Source: Podarcis filfolensis (taxonomy: Eukaryota). Taken from it: DNA of 64,000 bases. The translations under genes were made by a program, and so were the position numbers. The notes under the pieces are model-generated. The model saw only the letters and a program-made list of their open reading frames with translations. It was not told the origin of the DNA and made no database searches. Shown in pieces: positions 63,613 through 64,000 of this stretch. How positions within the stretch are numbered: position 1 is the first letter of the stretch; each line of letters opens with the position of its first letter. The DNA is taken from assembly GCA_964270895.1 (NCBI GenBank), contig OZ185435.1; one strand, 5' to 3'.

Positions 63613-64000
63613 ATTATTTTGTGTAGAGATTAGCTTGTCTTATGTAGAATGCAGAAGGGCTTTGCTTGCGGATCATGCCATATATCACATTCATGCTTTT
63701 GATTATGACTTCAGTATTGCTTCTGAGAGTGTGGATGCCATCATGTTCTGTACAGCTGAGATGGTGAGGTAAATTAGCCTGCTTGTTGATTACATCTGCT
63801 TGGGCATGATGGTGGTAGCACTCAGTGTAAGAATCTAATCTAATTAATAAGCATCTAGAGATGTCCATGCAGAATTCTTCCTGTGTTGTTGAGAATATGT
63901 TTGTTGTTTGTCAGTGCACTTTCCGTTGGTGTCATGGGGAAAAGGTAGTTGATGCTGGTTCAACTCAAGAAATATTTCATGATAGAAATATTACTTGAGT

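Larger units (their letters stand above)
43692..64000 (+). other. GPHN: GPHN intron 1 (continues beyond the window)
   Basis: GT donor after exon 1. No sequence encoding the expected exon 2 peptide (VSDSCFRNLAEDRSG...) was seen downstream. Confidence 0.8.

Overview
Vertebrate genomic DNA from a squamate reptile, most likely a lacertid lizard. That assignment is inferred from the repeat set: Sauria SINEs with (ACCTTT)n tails, squamate L2/CR1/RTE/L1 LINEs and many hAT/Tc1 MITEs. The only host gene I can identify is gephyrin (GPHN). Its CpG-island promoter, 5'UTR and first coding exon (43628-43691, [21 protein letters not shown]) lie on the + strand, followed by more than 20 kb of intron 1; exon 2 was not seen in the window. 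The rest is mostly decayed, often nested transposable elements: L2, CR1, Rex1/Babar, RTE, L1, Gypsy, solo LTRs, SINEs and MITEs, several with readable target-site duplications (TSDs). Most computed ORFs are TE remnants or chance ORFs. I found no convincing novel multi-gene system. The best leads are a candidate poison exon in GPHN intron 1, an in-frame upstream ATG of GPHN, a well-preserved Rex1/Babar element, a young CCAAT-rich solo LTR about 4 kb upstream of GPHN, apparently distinct MITE/SINE families, and an unassigned exon-like cluster near 9-10 kb.
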